A DNA stretch of 27,721 bases from Thermotogota bacterium (GTDB lineage Bacteria > Bipolaricaulota > Bipolaricaulia > UBA7950 > UBA9294): contig JBDKUT010000005.1 of the NCBI GenBank assembly GCA_039679545.1, positions 1 to 27,721 of the forward strand, given 5' to 3'. The notes under the pieces are model-generated. The model ran no database searches. It worked only from the letters and a program-made list of their open reading frames with translations, and was not told the DNA's origin. How positions within the stretch are numbered: the first letter of the stretch is position 1; each line of letters begins with the position of its first letter. The position numbers were made by a program, and so were the translations under genes. This document shows, in pieces, positions 1 through 8,996 of the stretch.

Positions 1-283
1 AAGGGAATCAAGGAACATCGCGCGCTGCTCCGGGACCTCCAACTCCCAGGAGTCGACGACCGCCGCAGTCTCCTCGCGCGTTCGTTCCCGCCAGAACCCC
101 GCGGACCAACTCCGCTCGCACCGCGGCATCGTCGACAACGATGAAGCGGCGCCCGTCCTTCGGATCGTGCATTGGCGCCCGAAGGCCCGCTCCGAGGACC
201 CGGTCCAATACGACTTGATCGATCGGGCGCAGTTCGAAGTCGCGGATCGTCCGCCGCCCGCGAATCGCCGGGTACGTGTCCAT
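1..283 (-). pseudogene. Nitroreductase family protein, apparent frameshift at a G4 run (97-100); 3' end outside window
   Basis: ATG at 283 gives MDTYPAIRGRRTIRDF...AGLRAP (nitroreductase RRSIR...AP signature). The frame closes at 8-10, but removing one G at 97-100 continues as RGFWRERTREETAAVVDSWELEVPEQRAMFLDSL, open to the window edge. Could be a sequencing error. Confidence 0.7.
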
Positions 284-308
284 TGCGATCGGCTCCGTTG
301 GGGTTTCC

Positions 309-743
309 CTACTCGGTTTCCTCGAGGTTCGCCAGGATCCGCTCGAGGTCCTTCTCGAACCGGACGATCTCCGCCGCGGAGAAACCCGCATAGAAGATCT
401 CCGACATCTCGTCCGAAACGCGTCGGTAGTCGACCTCCATGGCGCGATCCTTGTCGGTGCGCGCGATGCGAGTCGCGCGCCGGTCCTTTGCATCGGGAAC
501 CCGCTCGACGTACCCCTGCGCCTCAAGACGGTCGAGCATCGACGTCAAGGCCGACTTGCCGAGCGCCGTCCGCCGTGCAAGCTCGGTGATCGGGATCCCG
601 TCTTCGCGCCACAGAGCGAACAGGACGCGTCCCTGTGCGGAGTTGATCTCGATCCCTCGCTCGCGGAGGAGGCGCGAGAACACGCGCCCGGCAACGCGAT
701 GGATCTTCGCCATGAGGAAGCCACCCTGCCGCCTGTCTTTCAC
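309..743 (-). CDS. MarR family transcriptional regulator
   Basis: GTG at 743 overlaps the upstream TGA (GTGA). wHTH pattern ITELARRTALGKSALTSMLDRLEAQGYVER...DRR. Confidence 0.9.
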   Translation of the reverse strand: MKDRRQGGFLMAKIHRVAGRVFSRLLRERGIEINSAQGRVLFALWREDGIPITELARRTALGKSALTSMLDRLEAQGYVERVPDAKDRRATRIARTDKDRAMEVDYRRVSDEMSEIFYAGFSAAEIVRFEKDLERILANLEETE

Positions 744-1201
744 GCGCCCCCCACGGCGAACTCGAATCGGCCCTCGCTGGTCCACCCCTCAACTCGCCGC
801 GGGTGCAGCGTGATCACGGCGTACCACGGGTCGTCGATTCCCTTCGGGTAGTAGATCTCCCACCCGTCGTTCCACAGCGCCCGCCGGAGGCCGGGCTCCC
901 GACTGACCTCAAGATCGCCGATCAGCGACACGCCGAGCCACCGCGTCGGGTGGCAGTAGTACGCACAGCCGCGCGGGTTCAGCGCAATCTGGCGAGCCTT
1001 CGCCGACTCCGGGCTCGACGACATGTGCACCAGGAAGTCCTTGCGGTGCGGCGCAAAGAGCTCCACTTGCTTGGGGTACAGGGACGGATTCCTCAGGTTC
1101 AGCATCGCGCGCGTTCGCGGGAACCCATCCTCGCCGATCGTCGTCAGGTACGCGCGGTCCGCCACTTCCATCATGAGCAGTGCGAACTCCCGGTCCGTCA
1201 T
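740..1201 (-). CDS. Pyridoxamine 5'-phosphate oxidase-like (FMN-binding split barrel, general stress protein 26-like) protein
   Basis: AYLTTIGEDGFPRTRAM, S..K..QI..NP, LWNDGWEIYYPKGIDDP motifs; AAGGAGG RBS. Confidence 0.85.
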   Translation of the reverse strand: MTDREFALLMMEVADRAYLTTIGEDGFPRTRAMLNLRNPSLYPKQVELFAPHRKDFLVHMSSSPESAKARQIALNPRGCAYYCHPTRWLGVSLIGDLEVSREPGLRRALWNDGWEIYYPKGIDDPWYAVITLHPRRVEGWTSEGRFEFAVGGA

Positions 1202-1224
1202 GCAGCCTCCTTCGTTCGTAGCCG

Positions 1225-1246
1225 TATTGTACGATACCGTACTATA
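1225..1246. promoter_or_regulatory. Inverted repeat TATTGTACG-N4-CGTACTATA overlapping the minus-strand promoter; likely MarR operator
   Basis: 8/9 dyad in an AT-rich patch overlapping TTGTGT-16-TACAAT on the minus strand, upstream of the operon that encodes MarR. Confidence 0.55.
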
Positions 1247-1258
1247 TACACAAGATCA

Positions 1259-1278
1259 AGGGGCGCCGCCGCGCCCCT
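1259..1278 (-). terminator. Probable terminator hairpin of the thiolase operon
   Basis: 8-bp stem AGGGGCGC/GCGCCCCT just after the DUF35 stop, followed on the minus strand by TGATCTTGTGT. Confidence 0.45.
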
Positions 1279-1286
1279 GACTCTTC

Positions 1287-1625
1287 CTACGCCGGCACGA
1301 ACTGCAGCCCGTAGATTGGCTTCCCTGCGGGCTCGCGTACGACGCCGATCGTCGTCCGCACCCGCTTCCCAACCTTCGGGCTCTCGTCGAGGAGTTGGCC
1401 CGTCACCCGCAGGCCTCCGTCGAGTTCGACGATCGCGAGCCGGAGGTACCGAGTCTCGTAGTCGATGGCCAGCGCGTAGACGTCGGTGTACGAGAGCACG
1501 GCGCCCTCCCCCGCGATCTCCGTCGGCTCGAACGTCTCGCCCCGGCACTTCGGACACACAGCGTGCTTCGGATAGCTCACGAGGCCGCACGTCATGCAGC
1601 GGAACGCGTAGACTTTCTCGCTCAT
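1287..1625 (-). CDS. DUF35 family Zn-ribbon + OB-fold protein (thiolase partner)
   Basis: CxxC...P...CPxC ribbon (CMTC, CPKC) followed by GxVxSYT...AIVELDGG OB fold; ATGA overlap with the thiolase stop. Confidence 0.9.
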   Translation of the reverse strand: MSEKVYAFRCMTCGLVSYPKHAVCPKCRGETFEPTEIAGEGAVLSYTDVYALAIDYETRYLRLAIVELDGGLRVTGQLLDESPKVGKRVRTTIGVVREPAGKPIYGLQFVPA

Positions 1626-2806
1626 CGCTCCTCCTTCCGAAGCACCGTCGCCACGACGTTGTTGCCGAATCCTCCGAAGTTGCAGGCGTACGCCGCTCTC
1701 GCCTTGGCAACCTGCCGGCCTGTGGCTTCGCCGCGCAGCTGCCATGTGAGTTCCACGAGCTGCGCGACCCCCGTCGCGCCGACCGGGTGTCCCTTCGCCT
1801 TCAACCCTCCCGATGGGTTGATCGGCAGCTTTCCCGCAAGCTTCGTCACGCCCCGCTCGATCGCCTTGTGGGCCTGCCCCACCTTGAAGAAACCGGCGGC
1901 TTCGCTCTCGGCGATCTCGAGGATGGTGAACGCGTCGTGCAGCTCCGCCACATCGATGTCGGAGGGCTTGAGCCCAGCCTTATCGAACGCGGCCGCGCTC
2001 GCGAGGCGCACGGCCTTGAGGTCGGTCGGATCCTGCCTCTCGTGGACCGCGTGCGTGTCGGTCGCTTGGCCGATCCCCGCGATCGCCACCCTCGGGGCGC
2101 CGAGCTTCGCCGCGACCTCCTCGGACGCGAGCACGATGGCCGCCGCGCCGTCGCTCACCGGACAGCAGTCGAACATGTGGAGCGGCTCCGCGACCGGCGG
2201 GTTGTTCACGACCGCTTCCGGCGACGTCAGGATCCCCTCCATCGTGATCGGCTGGTGGATGTGCGCGTACGGGTTCTTCATGGCGTTGTCGTGATTCTTG
2301 ATGGCGACGAGCGCCAGGTGCTTGCGCTCCACGCCGTAGCGGTCCATGTAGAGCCGGGCGAAGAGCCCGGCGAGCGACGGCAGGGTCACGCCGTAGATGT
2401 ACTCCGCCTCCGGCTGGGACAGGCTGGCGACGAAGTCCGTCGCCTCGAGGCCGTCGACGGCCCGCATCATCTCGACACCCGTGACGAGCACGACGTCGGC
2501 CATCCCGGACGCGATCGCCTGGTATCCGACCTTGACGGCCGACGCCCCGGAGGCAGGGCCGTTCTCCACGGCCTCGGCGGCCGCCGGCCACAGCGACAAC
2601 CGATCGACGAGGGCGCTCGCGATCGCCGTCTGGCGGTTGATGCGGCCCGCACCCATGTTGGCGACGACCACCGAATCCACCGGGATCTTTCCGAGGTTCG
2701 CGTGGTGGAGCGCCGCGAGCGACGCGGTCGCCGCCAGGTCGACGAGAGACCACTCCGACCGTCCGAACCGGGTCATCCCTGCGCCGATGGCGTAGACAGG
2801 CCTCAT
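1622..2806 (-). CDS. Thiolase-superfamily protein (SCP2/archaeal type) lacking the nucleophilic Cys
   Basis: MRPVYAIGAGMTRFG start; DCCPVSDGAAA, ELHDAF and NPSGGLKAKGHPVGATG motifs; VENGPASG where VENACASG is expected. Confidence 0.9.
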   Translation of the reverse strand: MRPVYAIGAGMTRFGRSEWSLVDLAATASLAALHHANLGKIPVDSVVVANMGAGRINRQTAIASALVDRLSLWPAAAEAVENGPASGASAVKVGYQAIASGMADVVLVTGVEMMRAVDGLEATDFVASLSQPEAEYIYGVTLPSLAGLFARLYMDRYGVERKHLALVAIKNHDNAMKNPYAHIHQPITMEGILTSPEAVVNNPPVAEPLHMFDCCPVSDGAAAIVLASEEVAAKLGAPRVAIAGIGQATDTHAVHERQDPTDLKAVRLASAAAFDKAGLKPSDIDVAELHDAFTILEIAESEAAGFFKVGQAHKAIERGVTKLAGKLPINPSGGLKAKGHPVGATGVAQLVELTWQLRGEATGRQVAKARAAYACNFGGFGNNVVATVLRKEER

Positions 2807-3498
2807 GCCTTGCCTCCCTTCTCCCCCATGACCTGGAGCCGGACCGTGTCGTCTCCGGGGAGACGGATGATCGCCGCCCCCGCGAGCTTCTCTACGGGAA
2901 CCGGACGCCGTCCCGAGACGAGGCGTGGCTTCGCGTCGAAGTACGTCTTTCGAGTCAGCACCCACGACGGAACGCCGCCGAGCTCATGCGGCACCTCGTA
3001 TTTCTTGTCGAGCGGGTACTCGATCATCCAGCGACGGAACCCGATCGGGCTCTCCGCCACGATCAACACCTCGTCCTGGCCGCAGTGCTCGATGTGGTAC
3101 TCCATCTTTGCCGCGAAGAGGTGCGAGCCGACGCGCAGTCCCCGCCGGATCGTGAGCGTGTGGTAGCTCATACCCGTCTTCGCGTCGACGAGGCGGCCAT
3201 TCACAAGCCCGGCCAAGACTCCGTCGATCAGCCCGACGAGGACGTACTCGTCCTTCACGCGGTACCGCTTGTAGGCAAGGAGCTCCGAGTAGAGCCGCGC
3301 CGCCACAATGTCGTAGTAGTCCCTCTCAACAAGCAGGAGCGGGTAAATCGCCTTGAGAAGAATCGGCATCTCCTCGCGGCTCGCCTGGCGAACGATCATC
3401 TCCTCGCCGCTCGCCAGCGTGATCGCCTTCGGGGGGTACGGTGGCATCTCCATCGCCGGCGGGCGTAGGAGGACTTCCAGATCCGTGACGCTTGCCAT
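2803..3498 (-). CDS. Putative GNAT-fold N-acetyltransferase-like protein
   Basis: AAAGGAG RBS before ATG 3498; IVRQAS...VLVGLIDGVLAG...RRGLRVGSHL resembles GNAT strands and the CoA loop; ATGA-coupled to the thiolase. Confidence 0.6.
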   Translation of the reverse strand: MASVTDLEVLLRPPAMEMPPYPPKAITLASGEEMIVRQASREEMPILLKAIYPLLLVERDYYDIVAARLYSELLAYKRYRVKDEYVLVGLIDGVLAGLVNGRLVDAKTGMSYHTLTIRRGLRVGSHLFAAKMEYHIEHCGQDEVLIVAESPIGFRRWMIEYPLDKKYEVPHELGGVPSWVLTRKTYFDAKPRLVSGRRPVPVEKLAGAAIIRLPGDDTVRLQVMGEKGGKA

Positions 3499-3592
3499 GC
3501 TCGCTCCTTTCGCGGACCCCGCCCTCGACGAGATGCGTTGGCGAGCGAGGTTCTGCGATCGGCCTTGCGGCCAGGTTGTCTGTCCGGTCGAG

Positions 3593-3621
3593 ACAATAGA
3601 GGCTCCGCGGGGAAACTTCAA
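3593..3621 (-). promoter_or_regulatory. sigma70-type promoter for the GNAT-thiolase-DUF35 operon
   Basis: TTGAAG-17 bp-TATTGT on the minus strand. Confidence 0.55.
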
Positions 3622-3674
3622 CACAGAACTCCCTGAAGTCGCCGGCCCAAACGAGAAAAGGCCCCTCTCATCCC

Positions 3675-4127
3675 CTACGCGATCTTGCCGGACACTTCGT
3701 CCACGTCGAGCCGAAGGACGCACACCGAGCGGACAGCGTCGTCGGAAATCCCGCCGGGCGACCCGCCGTAGTGTGCCATGAGTGCCGCGAGGCCGCGGCG
3801 CTTCTCCTCAGGATCCTCAACGATCGAGAGTCGACCTCGTCCGATCACGCTCTCGTAATGCAGGCCCCACGAGCACGCCGCCTCGCGCGCCGTCACTTCG
3901 ACGCCGATCTCGACCTCGAAGCAGGCGTTCGCGTTGCGCCGAAGGACGTCGAGCTTGCGACCTTCGGAGGCACAATGGAAATAGAGAGACTCCCCGTCGT
4001 ACCCGTAGCTCATTGGGACGACGTACGGCCGGTTCCCGTCACAGAGGGCCAGGTGGCAGACGGGCGCAGCGTGCAGAACCCGGTCGACCTCGCTTCGATC
4101 CTTGATCTCTCGATCGCTTCGTCGCAT
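3675..4127 (-). CDS. NimA-like / pyridoxamine 5'-phosphate oxidase family flavin-binding protein
   Basis: MRRSDREI...PYVVPMSYGY...LYFHCASEGRKLD...YESVIGRG...SGK pattern; GAGGAGG RBS. Confidence 0.9.
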   Translation of the reverse strand: MRRSDREIKDRSEVDRVLHAAPVCHLALCDGNRPYVVPMSYGYDGESLYFHCASEGRKLDVLRRNANACFEVEIGVEVTAREAACSWGLHYESVIGRGRLSIVEDPEEKRRGLAALMAHYGGSPGGISDDAVRSVCVLRLDVDEVSGKIA

Positions 4128-4253
4128 TCCAAACCTCCTCGAGCCGCTCGCCGGGCCCCGATGCACGTCGAGCCTTCATGCTATACTGCACGGCTCCAAA
4201 GCGCGAGCGCTCGCGGAATCCGTCGCCGCTCCGAACGCGGAGAGGAGAACTCC

Positions 4254-5660
4254 ATGCCCTACGACTACGACGTCTGCGTCATCGGCCTCGGCCCCGCCGG
4301 CATGGCCGTCTCGATCATGGCCGCTGAGATGGGCCTGCGCGTTCTCGGCATCGAGAAGCGGAGCCTCGGCGGCGAATGCATGTCGGTCGGCTGCATTCCG
4401 AGCAAGGCGCTTCTGCGGATGGCGCATCTTCGCCACGCCGTCTCGCGGCTCTCCGACTTTGCGCTCGCCGACGTCAATCCGCCGGACCCCGTGCGCCCAT
4501 TTGAGCACATCGCCGGACACCTCCGATTCATCGACGAGAAGAAGACCCGCGCGATGTTCGCCAAGGTCGACCTCAAGCTGCGAGAGGGCCCCGCGACGTT
4601 CGTCGATTCGCACACGTTGGAGGTCGGAGGCCGCCGCTCCTCCGCGAAGCGGATCTTCGTATGCACAGGGACGCGCCCCGCCGTTCCCTCCATCCCCGGG
4701 CTCTCAAGCATCGGGTACCTGACGAACGAGACGGTGTTCGATCTCGACGCGGTTCCCGAGAGTCTCGTCATCCTCGGCGGCGGCGCCGTCGGGTGCGAGA
4801 TGGCGCAGGCGTTCCGTCGGCTCGGATCGCGCGTTTCCCTCGTGCACATGGACGAGCACTTGCTTCCGAACGGCGACTGGGACGCCGGCCGGTTCCTCGA
4901 GGACGTCTTCGCCGCCGAAGGGATCGAAGTTCACAACAGCCGAAGGATCAGCGAGGTGTCGGAGACGAACGGCGGCGTGGTCGTTCGGACGAACGCCAAC
5001 GAGACCCTGCGTGGAACCAAGCTCCTCGTCGCCGCCGGACGGCGGTTCGACGCCGCCGAGCTTCGCCTGGAGAACGCCGGCGTCGAGGTTGACGAGCACG
5101 GGATCCGCGTCGACGGGACGCTGCGCACGACACAGCCCCACATCTTCGCCCCCGGGGACGCGAACGGTGCCCACCTCCTCTCCCACGCGGCGATGCACCA
5201 GGGGATGATCGCCCTCCTCAACTCGATGCTTCCACGCCCGTTCCGCCGCAACTTCCGCCGCTACGCCGTCCCGTGGGCCGTGTTCACCGAGCCTCAGATC
5301 GCCCACGTCGGCTGGCTCGAGCGCGACCTCAAGGCGAACGACGTCGAGTACGAGACCATCGAGGCGAAGTACGAGGACTACGGCGCCGCCATCGCAGAAG
5401 GAAACGCCGTCGGAGCCGTCCGCGCCTACGTCTCTCCCACGGGGCGCATCTACGGCGCCCGCATCATCGGCGAGGGGGCGAGCGAGATGATCAACGAGTG
5501 GGGCCTCGCCATCCAAAACAGGCTCCGAATCCACAAGATCATGATGCTCCAACACGCCTTCCCCTCGATGTCGTTTCTCTCGAAGCGCGTAGCCGAGGGG
5601 TGGATGATGAACCGAATGAAGTCCCCGCGCGTGCGGAAGCTCGTCCGTTTCCTGCGATGA
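4254..5660 (+). CDS. Class I pyridine nucleotide-disulfide oxidoreductase (Lpd/MerA-like)
   Basis: GLGPAG FAD motif, GGECMSVGCIPSK redox disulfide, GGGAVGCE NAD(P) motif; no MerA C-terminal CC; AGGAG RBS; TGcTATACT extended -10 at 4179-4187. Confidence 0.9.
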   Translation: MPYDYDVCVIGLGPAGMAVSIMAAEMGLRVLGIEKRSLGGECMSVGCIPSKALLRMAHLRHAVSRLSDFALADVNPPDPVRPFEHIAGHLRFIDEKKTRAMFAKVDLKLREGPATFVDSHTLEVGGRRSSAKRIFVCTGTRPAVPSIPGLSSIGYLTNETVFDLDAVPESLVILGGGAVGCEMAQAFRRLGSRVSLVHMDEHLLPNGDWDAGRFLEDVFAAEGIEVHNSRRISEVSETNGGVVVRTNANETLRGTKLLVAAGRRFDAAELRLENAGVEVDEHGIRVDGTLRTTQPHIFAPGDANGAHLLSHAAMHQGMIALLNSMLPRPFRRNFRRYAVPWAVFTEPQIAHVGWLERDLKANDVEYETIEAKYEDYGAAIAEGNAVGAVRAYVSPTGRIYGARIIGEGASEMINEWGLAIQNRLRIHKIMMLQHAFPSMSFLSKRVAEGWMMNRMKSPRVRKLVRFLR

Positions 5661-5689
5661 GAGACGACCGATTGCGCTTCGGTACGCCG

Positions 5690-5718
5690 TTGACACCCCT
5701 TGCGACGAGCGATATGAT
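5690..5718 (+). promoter_or_regulatory. sigma70 promoter for rpsI-rpmE-DUF1385
   Basis: TTGACA-17 bp-TATGAT. Confidence 0.75.
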
Positions 5719-5780
5719 TCACGAATCGTGACGGTACATCTGCGGACCTCATGAGGATTTGAGAAGAAGGAGTGTCTTTC

Positions 5781-6218
5781 GTGGAGCAGGGAGACAAGCG
5801 ACTACCCAAGCGGGTTGGTAACTACATTCACGCGATCGGGCGCCGAAAGCGCGCCACCGCTCGCATCTACCTTGTGGAGGGCGACGGCACGGTCCTCGTC
5901 AACGACCGCCCGGCCGCGGAGTACTTCGCGCCATTTCTCCGTCCGCAGGAACACCTGGAGAAGACGCTCCAGGTGCCGTTCACCCTCACCGGGACCGTCG
6001 GCCGATACAGCGTGAAGGCTCGCGTCCGCGGCGGCGGGTTCACCGGCCAGATGGAAGCGGTGCGCCTGGGGATCGCTCGAGCCCTCTGCGGCGTGACCCC
6101 CGAGTACCGTACTCCGCTCAAGCAGGCCGGACTCCTCGAGCGCGACGCGCGCGAGGTCGAGCGAAAGAAGATCAATCGGCGAAAAGCCCGCAAGAGTGAG
6201 CAGTACTCGAAGCGCTAA
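5781..6218 (+). CDS. rpsI: 30S ribosomal protein S9
   Basis: GRRKRATAR, GGGFTGQ..AVRLGIARAL, RDAREVERKK...QYSKR; GTG 5781 chosen from AAGGAG spacing (ORF is open from 5772). Confidence 0.97.
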   Translation: MEQGDKRLPKRVGNYIHAIGRRKRATARIYLVEGDGTVLVNDRPAAEYFAPFLRPQEHLEKTLQVPFTLTGTVGRYSVKARVRGGGFTGQMEAVRLGIARALCGVTPEYRTPLKQAGLLERDAREVERKKINRRKARKSEQYSKR

Positions 6219-6236
6219 CCAAGCGGAGGCACCGAC

Positions 6237-6470
6237 GTGAAGCAGGGAATCCATCCGGAGATGAAGAAGGCGGTCGTGCATTGCGGCTGCGGCGCGGAGC
6301 TCGAGACCCTCTCGACCGTGCAGGACATGCACGTCGACATCTGCTCCAAGTGCCATCCGTTCTTCACGGGCGAGGAGCGGTTCGTCGACACCGAGGGACG
6401 AGTTGAGCGGTTCCAGCGCAAGTACGCGGCCGCTCAGCCCAGCCAGCCCAAGAAGAAGGCCGGGAAGTGA
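6237..6470 (+). CDS. rpmE: 50S ribosomal protein L31 (Zn-binding type)
   Basis: MKQGIHP...CGCG...[10 protein letters not shown]...DTEGRVERF. Confidence 0.97.
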   Translation: MKQGIHPEMKKAVVHCGCGAELETLSTVQDMHVDICSKCHPFFTGEERFVDTEGRVERFQRKYAAAQPSQPKKKAGK

Positions 6471-7354
6471 AACCGCCCGTAGGCGGACAAGCGGTCATCG
6501 AAGGCGTAATGATGCAGAACGGCGAGCGAATCGCGCTCGCCGTTCGTCGTCAATCCGACGGCCAGATCCTCGTCCAGTCGATTCCCGGGGGGGGCCGCTT
6601 CCGGCGCATCGGCCGGATCCCGTTCGTCCGCGGGATCTTCCGGATGTACGACATGCTCGCCCTCGGCCTCCGAGCGCTGAATCTCTCCACCCGGCTCGCG
6701 TATCCGGAAGAAGAGCAGATGAGCAAGGGCGGGACGGCCTTCACCTTCCTTGTGTCGATCGTCATCGCCGTCGGAGCGTTCGTCGTGCTTCCCTTGGTGC
6801 TCGCGAACGCCGTCCCGGCGCTGCGCCACGGGAATTCCGTGGTCTTCAATCTTGCCGAAGGCGGGATCCGGCTTTCGTTCCTCTTCATCTACCTCATCGC
6901 CATCTCGCGCATGAAGGACATCCACCGCGTGTTCCAGTACCACGGCGCGGAACATAAGGTGGTTTACACGTACGAGGCCGACGAGCCGCTCACGGCGGAG
7001 AACGCCCGCAAGCACACCACGCTTCACCCTCGCTGCGGAACCGCGTTTCTGATGACCGTGTTCGTCATTGCGATCCTCGTGTTCTCGCTCGCCGGGAATC
7101 CGACGCTGTGGCTCAAGATCCTGTCGCGCCTGCTTCTCCTTCCCGTCGTCGCCGGAGTCTCGTACGAGTTCCTCCGATTCACGGGAAGGCACTTCGACCG
7201 CCTGTGGGTTCGCATTTTGGCGCAGCCGGGGCTGTGGTTGCAGCGCTTGACGACGGCCGAGCCGACCGACGACATGATCGAGGTCGCCATCGCGTCGCTC
7301 AAGCGCACGCTGGAGGCAGCGGAACCCACTGCCGCGACGGCCCCCGGCGACTAG
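6467..7354 (+). CDS. DUF1385 (YqhQ-like) membrane protein
   Basis: [35 protein letters not shown] motifs; usual position after rpmE. Confidence 0.92.
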   Translation: MKPPVGGQAVIEGVMMQNGERIALAVRRQSDGQILVQSIPGGGRFRRIGRIPFVRGIFRMYDMLALGLRALNLSTRLAYPEEEQMSKGGTAFTFLVSIVIAVGAFVVLPLVLANAVPALRHGNSVVFNLAEGGIRLSFLFIYLIAISRMKDIHRVFQYHGAEHKVVYTYEADEPLTAENARKHTTLHPRCGTAFLMTVFVIAILVFSLAGNPTLWLKILSRLLLLPVVAGVSYEFLRFTGRHFDRLWVRILAQPGLWLQRLTTAEPTDDMIEVAIASLKRTLEAAEPTAATAPGD

Positions 7355-8415
7355 TCCCCAACTCCAGACCCTGGTTTCTCCTCCTCGATCGTCCGCTTGT
7401 CGCTTGAGAGCGAGAGCGAGGCGTCCGGCGTCAGGGAGAGCGGATGCGATTCCCCAAGCGAGAGATGCCGGAACGCTCCCGCCGCCGCGATCATTGCCGC
7501 GTTGTCGGTGCACAGGGAGAGGGGCGGGAAGCTCACCTCGATCCCGCGCTTCTCACCGTCCCGGACGAGGCGCTCGCGGAGGTGCTGGTTCGCCGCGACA
7601 CCGCCCACCACGACGAGCTTCGTCCGGTGGAACCGCCACGTCGCCTCGAGCCCCTTCTTCGTGAGGATGTCGACCACACTCGCCAGAACCGACGCCGCGA
7701 TGTCCTCCCGCTTCTCACGCGGGCTCTTCCGCAGGTAGTAGAGGACGGCGGTCTTGAGCCCCGAGAAGCTGAAGTCGAACCCCGTGGAGTCGTTCATGGG
7801 GCGCGGAAGGGGTATGGCTTTTGGGTTTCCTATCGACGCCAGGCGGTCGATCTCGGCGCCGGCGGGGTACCCGATCCCCACCATCTTGCCGATCTTGTCG
7901 AGGGCCTCCCCTGCGGCGTCGTCGACCGTAGAGCCGACGACGCGGTACTCGCCGTATCGGGTGACGTCAACGAGCGCCGTATGCCCGCCGGAGACGATGA
8001 GCGCCATGAACGGCGGCTCGAAGTCAGGACGGTGGAGTCGGTGCCCGAACAGGTGCCCTTCGAGGTGGTTCACGCCGACGAACGGAACGCCGAGAGCGAA
8101 CGCCATCCCCTTCGCGTGCGACACGCCGACCAAGAGCGGTCCGACGAGCCCCGGTCCGTACGTCGCCGCAACGAGCGACAGGTCGCGCGCCTCGACCCGT
8201 GCGGCGTCCAGTGCGTCGCGCACAATGTATGGAAGCTTCACGACATGGTTGCGCGACGCGACCTCCGGGACGACGCCGCCATAACGCGCGTGCAGACCGG
8301 CTTGCGTGTAGACGATGTTCGAGAGGCTCTCGGTCTCGCCGCAGACCACCGCGGCCGACGTCTCATCGCACGACGTTTCGATGCCGAGGGTGAGGGGCGC
8401 CCCGGCGTCCTTCAT
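7351..8415 (-). CDS. tsaD: tRNA N6-threonylcarbamoyltransferase TsaD
   Basis: LGIETSCDETS, GGVVPEVASRNH, GPGL, HLEGH, VSGGHT, DDAAGEA, FSFSGLKT, CTDNAAMIA. Confidence 0.97.
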   Translation of the reverse strand: MKDAGAPLTLGIETSCDETSAAVVCGETESLSNIVYTQAGLHARYGGVVPEVASRNHVVKLPYIVRDALDAARVEARDLSLVAATYGPGLVGPLLVGVSHAKGMAFALGVPFVGVNHLEGHLFGHRLHRPDFEPPFMALIVSGGHTALVDVTRYGEYRVVGSTVDDAAGEALDKIGKMVGIGYPAGAEIDRLASIGNPKAIPLPRPMNDSTGFDFSFSGLKTAVLYYLRKSPREKREDIAASVLASVVDILTKKGLEATWRFHRTKLVVVGGVAANQHLRERLVRDGEKRGIEVSFPPLSLCTDNAAMIAAAGAFRHLSLGESHPLSLTPDASLSLSSDKRTIEEEKPGSGVGD

Positions 8416-8990
8416 CGGATGTACTCCGGCTTGAGCACCCCGATGTACGGAAGGTTCCGGTAGAGTTCGGCATAGTCCATCCCGTAGCCGACAACGAACG
8501 CGTCCTTTTCGAGCTCGAACCCGATGTAGTCGACCTGCGTCTCGATCTCGCGCCGGGCGACCTTGTCGACGAGCGTGCAGACGCGCACCGACGCCGGGTC
8601 GCGCGCCTCGAAGTTCCTCCGCAGGTACTCGATCGTATAGCCGGTGTCGATGATGTCCTCGACGATCAGAACGTCGCGACCCTCGATCGGCCGTTGCAGG
8701 TCCTTCACCAGACGCACGGCGCCGGGGGCCGTGCCGTTTCCGGACGACGAAACGCTGATCAAATCGTACTCGACTGCCATCGGCATCGCGCGCGCTAGGT
8801 CGGCCATGAAGACCAGGGCTCCGCGCAGGATGCACACGAGGAAGAGCGGCCGGCCGGCCGCGTCACGTGCGAAGCCTCCGGTCGTGTAGTCAGCGGTGAT
8901 CTGCGCCGCCAGTTCGTGCGTCCGCCGAGCAATGGCCTCCTTGGTGAACAGCACCCGTTCGATGCGCGCGGCGAGGTCGATCGAAACCAT
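8412..8990 (-). CDS. hpt: Hypoxanthine phosphoribosyltransferase
   Basis: ILRGA..FMADL, VLIVEDIIDTGYT, FVVGYGMDYAELYRNLPYI. Confidence 0.95.
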   Translation of the reverse strand: MVSIDLAARIERVLFTKEAIARRTHELAAQITADYTTGGFARDAAGRPLFLVCILRGALVFMADLARAMPMAVEYDLISVSSSGNGTAPGAVRLVKDLQRPIEGRDVLIVEDIIDTGYTIEYLRRNFEARDPASVRVCTLVDKVARREIETQVDYIGFELEKDAFVVGYGMDYAELYRNLPYIGVLKPEYIR

Positions 8991-8996
8991 GGCCTC

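Noticed and set aside
803..3166. 787-aa + strand ORF and similar long antisense ORFs (e.g. 15275-17002, 10977-12437, 8916-10139)
   Set aside because: Shadow frames of real minus-strand genes in GC-rich DNA; Arg/Pro-rich with no motifs.
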